A stretch of DNA of 62,980 bases, counting the filler, from Craspedostauros australis (Eukaryota): assembly GCA_030167865.1 (NCBI GenBank). It is 6 parts of 6 records of this genome, joined end to end, with 100 filler letters (N's around TTAATTAATTAA, not from the genome) between each part and the next. Parts side by side here need not be neighbours in the genome. Positions count along the whole stretch, not along the records: positions 1 to 23,706 come from JALAGF010005926.1; 5 more parts are not named here. The stretch is one strand, 5' to 3'. The notes below the pieces were generated by a model. The model did no database searches, was not told where the DNA came from, and saw nothing but the letters and a program-made list of their open reading frames with translations. Both the position numbers and the translations under genes were made by a program. Shown piece after piece: positions 11,615-23,806 of the stretch (position 1 is the stretch's first letter; every line of letters starts with the position of its first letter).

Positions 11615-13042
11615 CTATCGAGTGAATGTGATCAAGTACTCTGGGTAGGCCTGGGCGTCGTGGTACACCACAAAGGTGGATGGATTGTCCACACTGTCGA
11701 CCGTGGAATCAAAGAGTTCCGTCTGTTGGTTAGGTTTGGTGTCAGGGATCAGCTGGTTGCTTGTTCCTTGGCAAAAGTCTCCAATAGCTACGCGGCACAT
11801 GAACATGCGTTGGACGTTGTCGTCATCAGGGACGGAGTATGTATGATTGGTCGAGGTGGATAAATCTCTCGCAAAGTATACACCTTTGCCGTGCTGTGCT
11901 CCGTTGCGCCCGGCAAATGATCGATTGAATCCCTGTCTCTCGATCTTGGCGGCGTTCTCCTTTGTCGTGCCATGAAAGAGCCATTTGCGCTCCACAGACC
12001 GGCTGTGGTTGTTCACAACGGTTTCAGGGTGCTCTTCGAAGGCAATCTCCATCGTTTGCTTTTTGGCTGCATAGATCTGCCATAGCGCCAGGTTTTGAAT
12101 ACGCTCGATCGAGGCGATGTTGATGCTTTGGCCTGAAGAGGTGCACGGAGCGTGTTGAACGAAGCTGACCACTTCTTTCCATTCTTTGGAATGATGGCAC
12201 AGTGGGAATCGTCCATCGTTGAAGCTCTGCTTGTCGTTGCTGAATCTCTCCCATGTAGGCGGTGTTTCCGATGAGACAGCCATTCCCTTCATGCCCTTGA
12301 TGATATCGCCCATCACATCGACGGTGGGGGCGCTGACTGCTGTGATCGGAAACCAACCGGAGGTTGCGCAGGTTTGCAGTGACTGCGACAGTGTTTCGTT
12401 TGGCGCGCGAAAGGCAGATGCAGTTGGTAGAGCGTTGATTGTGCCTGCGCGCAATTTGAATGGGTCATAGAGTATCTCACCGTACGCCCATTCGTTATTT
12501 GTGGGATGTTCCTTCGTTACTTCGATGATCTGGCCTGGCACAATGGGGAGTAAGTTGTTGTGGTTGTCATCAATGTCGTTGGGCAAAGCCGGGATCTGAT
12601 TGGCGCATCCAAAATCAACGATAACCATGACCTCTTCACGATGAATGCTGCGGTCGTACTGTGATGAATGGTTGGTTTGGATCATGCGAGCGAAGTTCAC
12701 TGTGTACGATGCCCCTGTATGAACGTTCCGCTTCTTTACCACCTTGTTCGAAAGATCCAGCGGGAACGAATGCACCGTACCATCCTTTTTGTATTGCTGA
12801 AATGCTCGCTCGATTTGCTTCGATATGTCGTTGCCGTACGACACAAAGTTCGTGTTCTCCAATCTCATTCCCGTCGCGTGCTTTTGCACGGTGTTCTGGT
12901 CCTCCTCCCAGTACCAGGTTACATCAGGGAGGGACATCTTGTTCGATCCTCTCTGATACGTCACGTACTCATTCACGGATCGAAAGGGGATGGTCTGGGT
13001 GACTGCCATGACTCCCGTCTTCTGACAGCTGTTCTTCTCCAT
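11615..13042 (-). CDS. WWE + SH3-like + PARP catalytic domain protein (probable mono-ADP-ribosyltransferase, PARP12/14/TIPARP-like)
   Basis: WWE: WYWEED...Y...SKQIERAF...YTVNFARMIQTN...RSIHR. PARP: IERIQN..LW..Y, WLFHGT, GFNRSFAG, GKGVYFA, MFMCRVAIG, FDSTVD, FVVYHDAQAYPEYLITF. Confidence 0.9.
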   Translation of the reverse strand: MEKNSCQKTGVMAVTQTIPFRSVNEYVTYQRGSNKMSLPDVTWYWEEDQNTVQKHATGMRLENTNFVSYGNDISKQIERAFQQYKKDGTVHSFPLDLSNKVVKKRNVHTGASYTVNFARMIQTNHSSQYDRSIHREEVMVIVDFGCANQIPALPNDIDDNHNNLLPIVPGQIIEVTKEHPTNNEWAYGEILYDPFKLRAGTINALPTASAFRAPNETLSQSLQTCATSGWFPITAVSAPTVDVMGDIIKGMKGMAVSSETPPTWERFSNDKQSFNDGRFPLCHHSKEWKEVVSFVQHAPCTSSGQSINIASIERIQNLALWQIYAAKKQTMEIAFEEHPETVVNNHSRSVERKWLFHGTTKENAAKIERQGFNRSFAGRNGAQHGKGVYFARDLSTSTNHTYSVPDDDNVQRMFMCRVAIGDFCQGTSNQLIPDTKPNQQTELFDSTVDSVDNPSTFVVYHDAQAYPEYLITFTR

Positions 13043-14487
13043 TTTGAAGGCTGTGCTGGATGATGAGTTGAAGCGTTAGTCTGGTTGGTCCGACTGATGA
13101 AGTTGAAGCTGCAACGTGTGGACGGCCACGCTTACGAGTAGAGCCCGTGTCGTGCTTTCGTTTGCTGTGGCCTGCGTTTTATGATCGCATTGATGATTTG
13201 CATTTGCATTTGCATTTGCCTTTGATTGCGGAGAATGGCAGCACTCGCGCGGGGACGTAGGAATTGGCAGTGCTTCATCGATTCCTCTTTCACCCGTGCG
13301 GTCGTGGAGGGTGTGCGTGATATACGTAGTGATTGGAGTAGATCGTCTAATACAACACAGATCCACTCCAGTACTGATGAGTACTGTTTGAATTTTGTTT
13401 CATTTCATGCGAGAGTGGATCGCGATGCGGGAACCGCTCCACCAACGCATTGCTCTTGCGTGACGGATCATCGTCGTGCCATGGTGTCTGCCTGCCTGCC
13501 TGCCATGTCTGATGCGTGTCTCTCTGCATATCGCTCAATCTCAGCTGGAAGAGAATGCGATTTGAGCCAGCCGCAGGATAGTGCGGGACTTCCGCAGCCT
13601 TGCGGCATGCATCCCACAAGAACCGTTGGGTGGGTATCTGTTCGAAGACCACCAGGCACAGCTGAGAAGCATTGCAGAGTGGAATGCCCTTCTCCCGCCA
13701 TCTCGTGTCCGAAACATTCCCTGTTGAAGTATTTGTTGTGTGTGGATTGCGTGTGCGACTCTCTCTCTCTCTCTGGCGTCAATTCCCCCATGTTACTCAT
13801 TTGCAAGCACAGGCTCATAAGCGATCGAACGCCTTTGTGGCCGAGGGGCAAGCGTTGTGCGCAAGACAAGGCACACACAACATCGGCACTGCTCGTCTCC
13901 GCGATGTCGATTCTGGCGCGATTTGTTTCGCAGTCTTTGTTCTTGCGATCTTTCGCGATGGGATTCGATCATTGGCGAACACACGCACACACGTACGGAC
14001 GTTGTCTTGGATGATCATAAATATCAACTCTCTGCTTGCCTATCTCTCTGCACACCACGTCCTTGCTTCTGTTAATCCAAACATCCATACAACACAAGGC
14101 AGCACAAGGCTGCACAAGGCAGGGGCACCCTTGTGGGAAGTTGCGCGGCCGTGAGTCGTCAGTTGCACCACCAAGCAATCATACTGCACAGCTGAATTGT
14201 GCGCAAACTTCTCGAAATGAGCACCACATGTGTGATAATGTGTCCAGATGTCAGCACTGATTAGACCGGCGTAGGCAGTGGTGAGATCGTGGGCTCTGGT
14301 TTGGAGGTAATTGTTATCGTTAGTTGTCGATTAGTTGGTTTACTGTAGGTTGGTGAGTTTGTATTGAACTCTCGGATTATGAGGTGAGGATGAGATGTTG
14401 TTCTGGACTGATTGCAAGTTGCAGGGTCAGCAGCATCTCTCGTGTGAACGACCGTGATCATCATCATCATTCTGTTTGCATTCGTCG

Positions 14488-14615
14488 TGATGCGCCGCGT
14501 TATCGGCCATGAGCATCATCGACATTCGGTTTGGTTCTGTCGCGATGTGCCGTGTTATCGGCCATGAACATCGTCGACATTCGGCTTGTTTCGGTCGCAC
14601 TGTCCCGTGTTATTC
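14488..14615. repeat. 55-bp imperfect tandem repeat, about 2.3 copies
   Basis: TATCGGCCATGA(G/A)CATC(A/G)TCGACATTCGG starts at 14501 and 14556. A partial third copy (CCGTGTTAT) is in register at ~14611. Confidence 0.8.
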
Positions 14616-15629
14616 TGGTCTTGGTCTTGCATTGCGACTGTACTCCGATATCGTATTCGGTGGAGTTGATATCTGTCATCCGATTCCACGGTTGATTCGG
14701 ATGCATTTATCGCGTGTTTTGTGTCGTCTTTTTCGGATTCCCACACCATGGACATTGTTGAGAAAATGTGGCGCGCAGGGATATCTTCGATTCGTGGATG
14801 ATTCGATGATCAATTCATCATGATCGAAGATTTGCTTCCGACACGATCGGGAAATTCCCGTGCCTTAAAATTGAGTCACTGGAATAATCCCACAACATGA
14901 TGTTCGATCAAGTTGTCTCCGCAAAGGTGGATGTAGTGGCAAGAGCGCTGGCTGTGTCTCAACGCAACGGCTTCCAGACGGAACAGTCACCCACAATGAA
15001 GCATCATCACCACAAAAGGGTGTGTGCCACCGTCATGCAATCGTCTCACGCAATTTTCGGCGGGTGTTGGTTGTCTCGTTCTCCACGAACAATCTATCCA
15101 ACGAAGAAATATCGATGTCGCTGGAAAGGCTAAGTGTCGTCCACTGTGTGGATGGAAGGGGATTCTGTCAAATGAGAACACTTTCGGAGTGATGTCAACA
15201 CCACTGCCCCCACGTTCTAAAGAGCACTGACCGCGATAAATGAGCCGCAGGGGTGGAGGAAAGCAAGCCGACGCGGAGCAGCACACAACCTCCTCACAAC
15301 GACGGGTCGGCAAGCGATGGTGGTTGTGTGGATTCGCTCCAACATCACTTGTGCACGTACGACTATGCTTGAAGGAGCGCGGTGCCGAAGTCGATCATGT
15401 TGCGGCGGATGCAACGGACCGAATTGATGCAATAAATCAAACCATGACGTCGCACGCAAGGAGAGGAGAGGAGACGCGTGTACCACCTCTCCGAAGGGTG
15501 TCGCTGGCTTTTCTCCCTACGATCTATTACACGCCCATCACAGGAAATAATTGCTACGTCCCAAATAATAGGCATCAGCTGTGTTTCGTGCGCACGTCCG
15601 CACAGCTGTGAGCAATCGATCAAGTACCC

Positions 15630-15986
15630 ATGGCAGGGCGACCCAGGCAGGGCCGGCACCCGAATGAAGCCATCGCCCAAGCATCGGCGAGCGAAGCACC
15701 GGCTCTGAACAAGCACGACAATGGCCACTTCTTTGGATCGAGGCGTTTGTTGGCCATAATCTCCACCATTCTCTGCTTGTGTGCCAGCCAAATACGATCG
15801 ACTGTGCCAATATCCTCAGCAACGATCGATCTCTCCACAGCGGCAGCCAAGACGGACAGCTCTCACGGTCGTCTGGAGTTCGCGGAAGGGCGCAATGAGA
15901 GGAACCGCACCTCCGTGTTGGACGCGGTGGAGCCGTTGCCCCATTCAGCGTCACTCTCTCTGGATGGCCGACGTCCTCCTCCTTCG

Positions 15987-16021
<35 letters not shown>

Positions 16022-17471
16022 AACGGGAAGGATGGACGGTAGACCAGAAGAGAAGGTGATTGCAACCAAAACGATCCTACTTCCGCTCCAACCAGACTTC
16101 GGCATCATCGGCAGCCTCAACAAGACCTTTGGCGACCTCAACAACTATACCGGGTACTTCTCCGACGTGGGCTGTGTACCAACTGTTCAATTCCAGCTCA
16201 CAATCCAAACAGTTCGAGACAGGGATGAAGCGGTCCACCTTGCAAGCGGAGATGTCGCTACAGACCGCAAGGAGGTGCATGGAAAAAGGTTTCCCAATGA
16301 CCATGCTGAAGCATCTACTGCCCAACCACCATCGCCGCGACTAGTGGCTCACCAAACAACCAGATACACCATCCAGGCACTCGATGAACACGGACAACCG
16401 AAGACCGTGGGTGGTGACGAGTTCTACCCTGTCTACTACGATGAAAAGCAAATGGCACGCCGACCGAAGCGAGGAAGCCTCGTTCCGTCAGCGGTGGCTC
16501 ATGTAAATGACAATGGCGATGGCACATACGCCCTGCACTTTGAAGCGCCTCCCTACGAGGCGCCAGTCGGCTCGTTGCATGGCCGCGGCTTCCTGAAGTT
16601 GCATTATGCTTTCACCTGTGGCATGGCACGCCTAACCCGTCCCGCGAAGGACCATTGGAGAGACGGTGGCAGCCTCTTCGCCACGTACACGATCCACAAT
16701 CTGACGATGTCTCCCGAGATCCATCCGTTCGGATATCCATCTGAGCTGCATGACGGCCAGCAACAAGCAGGCAGCGCGGTTGATCTCGCATCCTACGATC
16801 GCGTCATTTGCTGCGGCGATTCAATCTTGGTGCAGCTGTGTGGCACCCGCCCCAGCGCTTTGGTCGTAGAGTTCCTCTACAAAAACGTGAGAGCTATGGA
16901 AAACTTCGGATCGCTATTTCGGCATGATTCATGGCAGCAGCTCGTTCCCGACCTGTTGAACACAACGTACGGCGAAGATCTAGCAATCGCCAGCGACGCC
17001 GACAAGCGAGTCGCTGTGATTATAAACAGCGCCGCTTGGGAGATCCTTTCCGAAAAGATTCCACCACAAGACAACAACTTCACCTCCAGCATGCGGATGT
17101 ATCGCGAGGTGATCACGTGGTTTCGGCAATCATATCCGAACGTCACGCTCATCTGGAAGCTACCGCAAGCATTCCATCTGCACGCAGCAGACGCCGTGCA
17201 CGCCAGACCCGCGCAGGTCACACGCCTCAAGCACGCCAGCATCGCAAACGCGAAATATCTTCATGGCCAGCAAAGGGCCTTGATGGAGGAGCTCGGCGTC
17301 CCAGTGCTGGATTTGTGGAATGCCTCGTATCTGAGTGGCCACCGCCACCGGAACGGCGATGCTGTTCACTATGAGACACAGCAGAATCACTACTTCATCG
17401 ACATGTACTACATAGATCCAAAGATGAAGCAGCTGGGAAAGCACCGGCGAGAGCGAGGACGGATACTGTGA
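15630..17471 (+). CDS. Type II membrane NXPE/PC-esterase-like protein (filamin/Ig-like domain + SGNH-type acyl-esterase/transferase)
   Basis: N-terminal TM segment LLAIISTILCLCA and poly-Q. Filamin-like IQALDEHGQPKTVGGDEF...VNDNGDGTYAL. GDS motif (CGDSILVQL) and C-terminal DxxH (GDAVHY). Confidence 0.7.
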
Positions 17472-18504
17472 GAGCATTCTTTGGATGAGCCCATGTCTAC
17501 TTGCTGGGTGATACCTGCGATTTGGTCTGCCAATCCACCTCGCCCAGTCGTCCCTTCATCCATCCATAGATCGCAAAGCCAATTGTGTTAAATTGTTCCT
17601 GTATTCGAGCAAGAATCTAGTTCGTCTAAGTTGATGTGTCCTGTGCAGTTTTCGTTTCGTCCAACAACATCATTGTCCGTTTTCTTTCGGAAGGGTAGCA
17701 TATGAATCGAAGCAAGGCGAAGTCCAGACAAGCTCTGCGAAGCGTGGTCGTACCACGAGTACTCCTGCGGAAGATGACGTAACTCCGTTAGGTTTGATAC
17801 AGCTAGAGGAAGCAAACACCCATAGACGTAGATACGGCATCAGGAACGTTGCATCCACCATGCTGGTATGGTGCGGAGGTGCAAATGGATTGGTGTTGCG
17901 AATTGGATCCACATCAACATGGTGTTGACATGCATGTTTTAGGTAAGACGAGCTTCTCCTCTCTCTCCCCATCCCTTTCTCCAAGCAACAAGACCTTGCG
18001 CATTGCCTGCTCAATCTCGTCCCCGCTGGTCTACTCTCCAGAGTGGTCGTACCCAAGCACAAAGTGCAAAGCGCGAAGGTTGCGATACTCTCGTAGTTCA
18101 TTGACCACACTTGTGCTCCCGCCATCGTTCGTTGAGTGAAATCCGAACACCAACCCGAACCTCCCAAAGAACTGAAACGATCAATCATGCCTGTGCCAGT
18201 TCGCTGCCTTTTGAGGTGCACAGAAGATCCAACATCACCACAAGAATCATGGAGGGCGCACGAGGAGTTGGCGACGATAGAGAGCAGCTCCCATCCTCCC
18301 TGTCCAGCATTGGGTGTCATAAACTTCAAACGCACACAATCAGCATCCTCAGCTACTCTACTTTGCTCTGCTCGATTTCTCAATACCGTACACACTATCA
18401 CACCTCACTTGCCTTCACTATCCCTTGCTCTCGAGTATTATATTCTATTCTATAACATTGTAAAATAGAATACATACATCCACACACCCACCGCCAACAC
18501 AATC

Positions 18505-19518
18505 ATGAAGTGGATCGCCAATCTGTGGCAGCCGGTGCTATACCGCATTGAGAAAGCCGTTTCAGAACAGTCCATCCCGAAGACAAACGACATAAAGGGA
18601 AGGTTCACGTGGGACGATCTCGCCCAAGACGATGCCGATGAAGCGCAGACGAACGACGCCAAGGCAACTTCATCCTTCGATCATTCGCTGTGGAATCAGG
18701 TGTTACAACGCCACGTCCATGCGACGCCAGGTCGGCAGGTCGGAACGGTGCAGCATCTGCACACCGTGGACTACGAAGGCATCCGCAAGGACCCCGACTT
18801 CCAGGCCTACCTCGATAAGCTCAAATCGATGAATCAATCACCCGACATCGTGCTATCGCGCCGCCACCGCCTGGCGTTCTGGATGAACGTCTACAACGCC
18901 TTCTGCATCTCGTTGTTGCTGCAGCAGGATGCGTTACCGGCACGCATCCTCGATCTATCCGCATCCAACGATCCCGTCTGGGACCGCGTCGCCGGCGTCG
19001 TGGCGGGTGCATCCTTCAGCCTGAATCAGATCGAACATGACAAACTGCGCAAGCAATTCGCGATTGCGGAGGTGCATAGCTGCATCGTCTGCGCCAGCGC
19101 GTCGTGTCCCGATCTGCGCAACGAAGCCTTCGTCGGCACGGCGCAGCTCAAATTGCAAATGGCGGATCAGATGAAACTGTGGTTGCTCAGCACAAGCAAA
19201 GGCATGCGTGTGGAGGATGGGACGGTGACGTTGTCTCGTATCTTTCTGTGGTTTCGCGATGATTTCGTGGGCACGCGGCCGGGTATTGAGCAGGAGAGTT
19301 CGGGGGAGACAACGAAGGTGCTGAAGACGGCTCCGAGTTGGCTCGCAGCATCCGACTACATCCCCGGCACGGACTCCACAGGCAAGGACGATGATGAGGC
19401 GGGCAAGCTTCGCGCCATGTTGCGATCGCAAAGAACCGCGATTCGGTACTTCGAGTACGACTGGTCGATCAACGATGTCGCAAACTCAACGGTCATCGAT
19501 GGTGATGCCTCAAAGTAG
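18505..19518 (+). CDS. DUF547 domain protein
   Basis: FDHSLWNQVLQRHV, VDYEGI, LAFWMNVYNA, SLNQIEHDKLR, HSCIVCASASCPDL, LSRIFLWFRDDF, YFEYDWSIN. Confidence 0.9.
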   Translation: MKWIANLWQPVLYRIEKAVSEQSIPKTNDIKGRFTWDDLAQDDADEAQTNDAKATSSFDHSLWNQVLQRHVHATPGRQVGTVQHLHTVDYEGIRKDPDFQAYLDKLKSMNQSPDIVLSRRHRLAFWMNVYNAFCISLLLQQDALPARILDLSASNDPVWDRVAGVVAGASFSLNQIEHDKLRKQFAIAEVHSCIVCASASCPDLRNEAFVGTAQLKLQMADQMKLWLLSTSKGMRVEDGTVTLSRIFLWFRDDFVGTRPGIEQESSGETTKVLKTAPSWLAASDYIPGTDSTGKDDDEAGKLRAMLRSQRTAIRYFEYDWSINDVANSTVIDGDASK

Positions 19519-19746
19519 CATCAGCAGCAGTTGCAGATAGAGATGGCTTGGATGCACCGATCTACGACTATAGATCTTGAAGAGTAACCTCGGTGGAGGA
19601 CAGGGTCGCGTAATTGTGACAGTGCGCTAGTTGGCCATTGAGATTTATTCATTGTGCATCAAAAGTGGCGCGTTATAAAATTTATTATAGTATTTGTTGT
19701 CGATTTCGTTGTGCTTAACAGTGTTCCCCTGCGCACATGCCCCTGC

Positions 19747-20705
19747 TCAGCCGGAAGTGCCTCCCACGACGTCTTCGTCCATGATCCCGATGGATTCAGC
19801 ATCCTGCACCCCCTGTACGTATGCCTCGTACTGGTTCTGCAACGACCGATCGAATGCAACAGCCGCCAAGGCTTCTTCGTCGTTCTCGCCCTGATACCTC
19901 TGGCGCATGTGCTCGAGGATGACGGCAACGCGGTATGTTTTACGAAACTCCTTGCGGTCCTTCGAGCCTTGCTTCGTTCGTCCTTCCTGCAAAATCATGG
20001 AGGGTACGGTACAAGCAACGAATGCGATAAGAAGTGAATGCAGCGAGGAAGATGAGGGAGGGAAAGAGAAGGGTGTTAGTATACTGGTACGGCTGCGAGA
20101 GATAGGCGAAGAAGAGAATGGAGCGTCCAAGCCAATGTACCAACCAACCGATGTCGTTCGCGAATCCCCTAGACTCGTAACAACATAGTACTCTCCAATC
20201 ACATGCAGCCGCCAATGGCACTTACCAACCCCCGAAAGCAGAACTCCTCGTCATCGTCCTGCAGCATATCCTCCTTGTGCAATCGAATCGCGATGCGGCA
20301 CTCCTGCTTCATCTGATAGTAATCCATGGCATTGTACCACACGCGCTGCTGCGTGGCGAAGTCGCGAGCGGCGCTGAATCGTCGCACGCGCACCCTCTGG
20401 TCGAACGTGACAGATCGGGCGCTTCCATCGGAGTTGTCGGGACAGGCGTCGCTTTCTACGGACGAGATGGAGGCGTCATCGCAGTCGCAGTCGGATGATG
20501 TCTGCGAGGATGCTTCCGATTCGAGGATGGATCGTCTGGGAGATGGGGACGAAGACGATGATGATGACAAGGATGAATCGTCGAGCTCCAGCAGAGCCGG
20601 TGGTCGGTGCACCTGCTGCTCCTCTTCCTTCGTGGAGACCTGCAGAGATGCAACCATGCGTGGTTGCTGGTCTTGGTTGGCGCGTTCGATCGTGGTGGCT
20701 GTCAT
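19747..20705 (-). CDS. Diatom-type hypothetical protein (SVTF...WY...CxRGLE family), 2 exons
   Basis: Intron 19987-20225 (GTAAG...TTTTGCAG) joins FCFRGL to EGRTKQG and restores the RGLE motif. Start is 20705 (MTATT) or 20756. Confidence 0.75.
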
Positions 20706-23700
20706 GATGGTGTTGATGATGATGATGATGATGATGATGATTGCTCCCTGATTCAATTTATGAGTTTGTGTGGATGCAACGGTGTGATTATGATGTCTGA
20801 CTGTTGCTGTTCCTGAAGCTGTTCGTGATTGTCGTGGTGGGCAAGATCACTTGGCTTTCTTGCTTGGTTGACTCTGTGTTTGCTTTCTGTCGCGGTGTCG
20901 TCGTGTGGAGCTGTTGTGCTGTTGTCGCACTGGGTTGTCGCTTGTCGATTGTCGATCAAGGTGATGGGAGAATTGGATTTATGTGACAAGTATCGGCGTA
21001 GGTCGTTGGGAGGCAGCAAGAAGAAGAAGAAGAAGAAGGAGTTGATGCTGTTGATGTCAACTCCGAAGTTCCTGGTTGCAGCGATTGCTTGTGTTCGCCG
21101 TCTCTTTGTTTCTTGCTTGCTTGTTTACTTGGTTGCTCTGTTCTTGTTCCCTTCCGTTGGTTGATCTTGCTGGTTGTGTGTGAACTTGAATGTCGCTTCG
21201 AGGGTGAGTGAAACGCTGTCGTTACCGTGTTTGTGTGTGTGTTGTCCCTTCCCGTTTTCGCCGCAATTTTCATTCCTGCGACGATCGTCGACACCGTTCT
21301 TTCTTGTCGCTCTTTGTTTTCGCAGCTGCGAACGCACCGTGAGTCAGTCTTCACGACATGCGCCTCTCTTTCGTGTCCCTGGATTGCCAAAGTGATCGAG
21401 TATGCTCACGAGGGCAGCATTCGCCTACACGAAGAAGAGTTTAGTCCTTCCGAAAGTACTGTGAAGGGCGTGATATATGTCGGTTGATGCGACATGGCGA
21501 TGACTCTTGTTTAAGGGTGAATCATGTGTTCAACACAGTCAACGACTACAATGGCTTGTATCGAATGTATCTCTGTGATTCAATTACGCCCAGTATGCTT
21601 GTGGAACTGGACCTTTCGTCACATTTTCTTGCTTCTTGACAGCATCGTTTCGCAGCGCTGCGACATCGCCTTCCGTGAGGCTTTGCTGTTGTTGTTCGCG
21701 TCCGTGGGCTACTATGGAGGCTCGTTCGGCGGCATGACGATCACGGAAGTCTTTATCAAGAGGCTTGCTTTCGTGGCTCGTGCTCGTGATGCTTCAACAC
21801 CACTGGTACGACTACTGCACTATACAAGGCAGCAGGGGCTTGCCTGGGGACAGTTTGTGCAGCAGCGACGGTGTCAACCTCGCTGTCGTGGCCGCACAAG
21901 CACCAGCAGTAGAATTCGTGCCCTGTGGCGCTCCAGGATAGATGTTGCGGGAGGATCGCAGACGTGAAGAAGCTTTCCGCACCCTGGTCGTTCTGTCACT
22001 GATTCATCTCGTTGCGGTTGTGAGGCTTGTGGGTGGGTGGCGATCGGATACTTTCTGCACCACGGATTCAACGATTCTTGTACGTTTCTTGTCGGTTGAA
22101 GGCCAGAGGTAACAAGCCTTCTTGTCTTGGTGATGGAGGTTGGTTGACCGTGATCGATGCAAGTATTGCTTTGGATCCTTCACCGAGCGGCGGTGGATCT
22201 TGTCGTCCTCGTCTTGGCTTTGAGAAGCACTGGTACCGTGGCTACATGGATAGATCGTACTCCAATCGCCGTTGTGGAGGGAAGTGACGTGCCAACAAAT
22301 ACTCCATGGCATTGGCACGCGTGGATAACAAGATCTCCAGCATTCTTTTTAGTTACACCATGTTGGTGGATTCTTAACAGCTCACCAAGCTTGATGGATG
22401 CGAGTACCACCGACAAGATATGACATGCACCTCGAGAATAGCAGCACAACAATGCATCCATCCGCGCCGTGACTTATCGCCAAATAACCAAGGGACGAAT
22501 TGGTGTGGATGCCAACGCTCAGACATTCTAAACCACCATGCATCCGCGTCAGACTTCTCCACCGATGTCGAACAAACAATGGTGCTCCTCTTGGAGATCG
22601 GAAAGCGTCCATCATGGCACTACCGGTACGGATGCACCTTGGTCTGCACCGGCTGGCATCTCCATCCATGACAGCGGTCACGTGAACCTAAAGCAATCCA
22701 AACGATCCTTTCGCAGATCGGCTGCGGGTGACACAATCGATCCCATCACAAAAACAGTCCACTTGCTCTCCTACTTTGTACAAATAAGTGTTCTACAATT
22801 GCAATTTGTTCTGTACTAGAATATTATATTCCTCCGTTCCGAAATGATTGCAACTTATCTATTTTATCATCGGTTCGACACCGTGTCGTGGTGGCCGACT
22901 TTGGGAGCTGCGGGAGACCATTTTCCCAGTCGCCTCCCACCCTGGTCTGACGCATCCTTGTTGGCCTTCGGTACCCATCGGAGTACCATCAAGAATTGGT
23001 ATACTAATGTATGTAGATACATTATGAAACGTACCATACAAACAGAGGACAGCATCTCCACATTTAGACTGCTTGTCCGGCGCCATGCCTCCGCGTTTCT
23101 GTCACTGAAACACTGTGCAAGAGTTGGTTTGTGTGCTTTCACTTGTCCGAATGGTCGGAAGGTTAATTCTGAACGTGACGCCACACTCTGTTCCGTAAGT
23201 CCAAACCGTCCTCCAGTTCCACAGACGAAATACAACATGGTACAACACGCGAAGAACGACGCAATGACAAAATCAAGAAACATCGATTTTCTATTTGACA
23301 TTTTATTTCTGTTCACAAGGACGCAATCGATATTTGTTTGAAAGGAAACCTGAGAACTCCCCTCGTGTTGTGGACATCGGTGTCTTCGTGACCTGTCGCA
23401 GACATCATTGCGTTCCCACCAAATAAGAACTTTGACATAACGCCACGACCCAACTAGCCAATCATGATGGTCAGTTCATGCAATGCCATAGTTATGGTTG
23501 ACTGATGACGCCATCGGGCTTCCGAAGGGTTTGTCCAACACGTCACGTTGGTCGTGTTGTGAATTTTCCTTTTCCGTTTTTACGTTTCGAAGCACAATTT
23601 TTTGGTGTTGTTGTTGTGGATTCGACTCAACAACGTGATTTCTGACTGATTGCTGCACTCATCCATTTCCCGAATCGTGCAATTCTCGTGTTGTATTTGT

Positions 23701-23706
23701 ATTAAA

Positions 23707-23806
23707 NNNNNNNNNNNNNNNNNNNNNNNNNNNNNNNNNNNNNNNNNNNNTTAATTAATTAANNNNNNNNNNNNNNNNNNNNNNNNNNNNNNNNNNNNNN
23801 NNNNNN
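23707..23806. other. Artificial scaffolding linker 44N-TTAATTAATTAA-44N; also at 32164-32263, 44535-44634, 52348-52447 and 53889-53988
   Basis: Five identical 100-bp blocks with a six-frame stop cassette centred in Ns. Confidence 0.95.

Noticed and set aside
16410..16424. GGDEF diguanylate cyclase motif
   Set aside because: It sits in a filamin/NXPE-type GGD motif context with no other cyclase features.
21524..22700. Possible ankyrin-like pseudogene fragments
   Set aside because: Only vague motif echoes in broken frames; not supportable without a search.
23751..23762. TTAATTAATTAA as a biological motif or piggyBac target
   Set aside because: It is always centred in exactly 44+44 Ns, so it is an assembly spacer.
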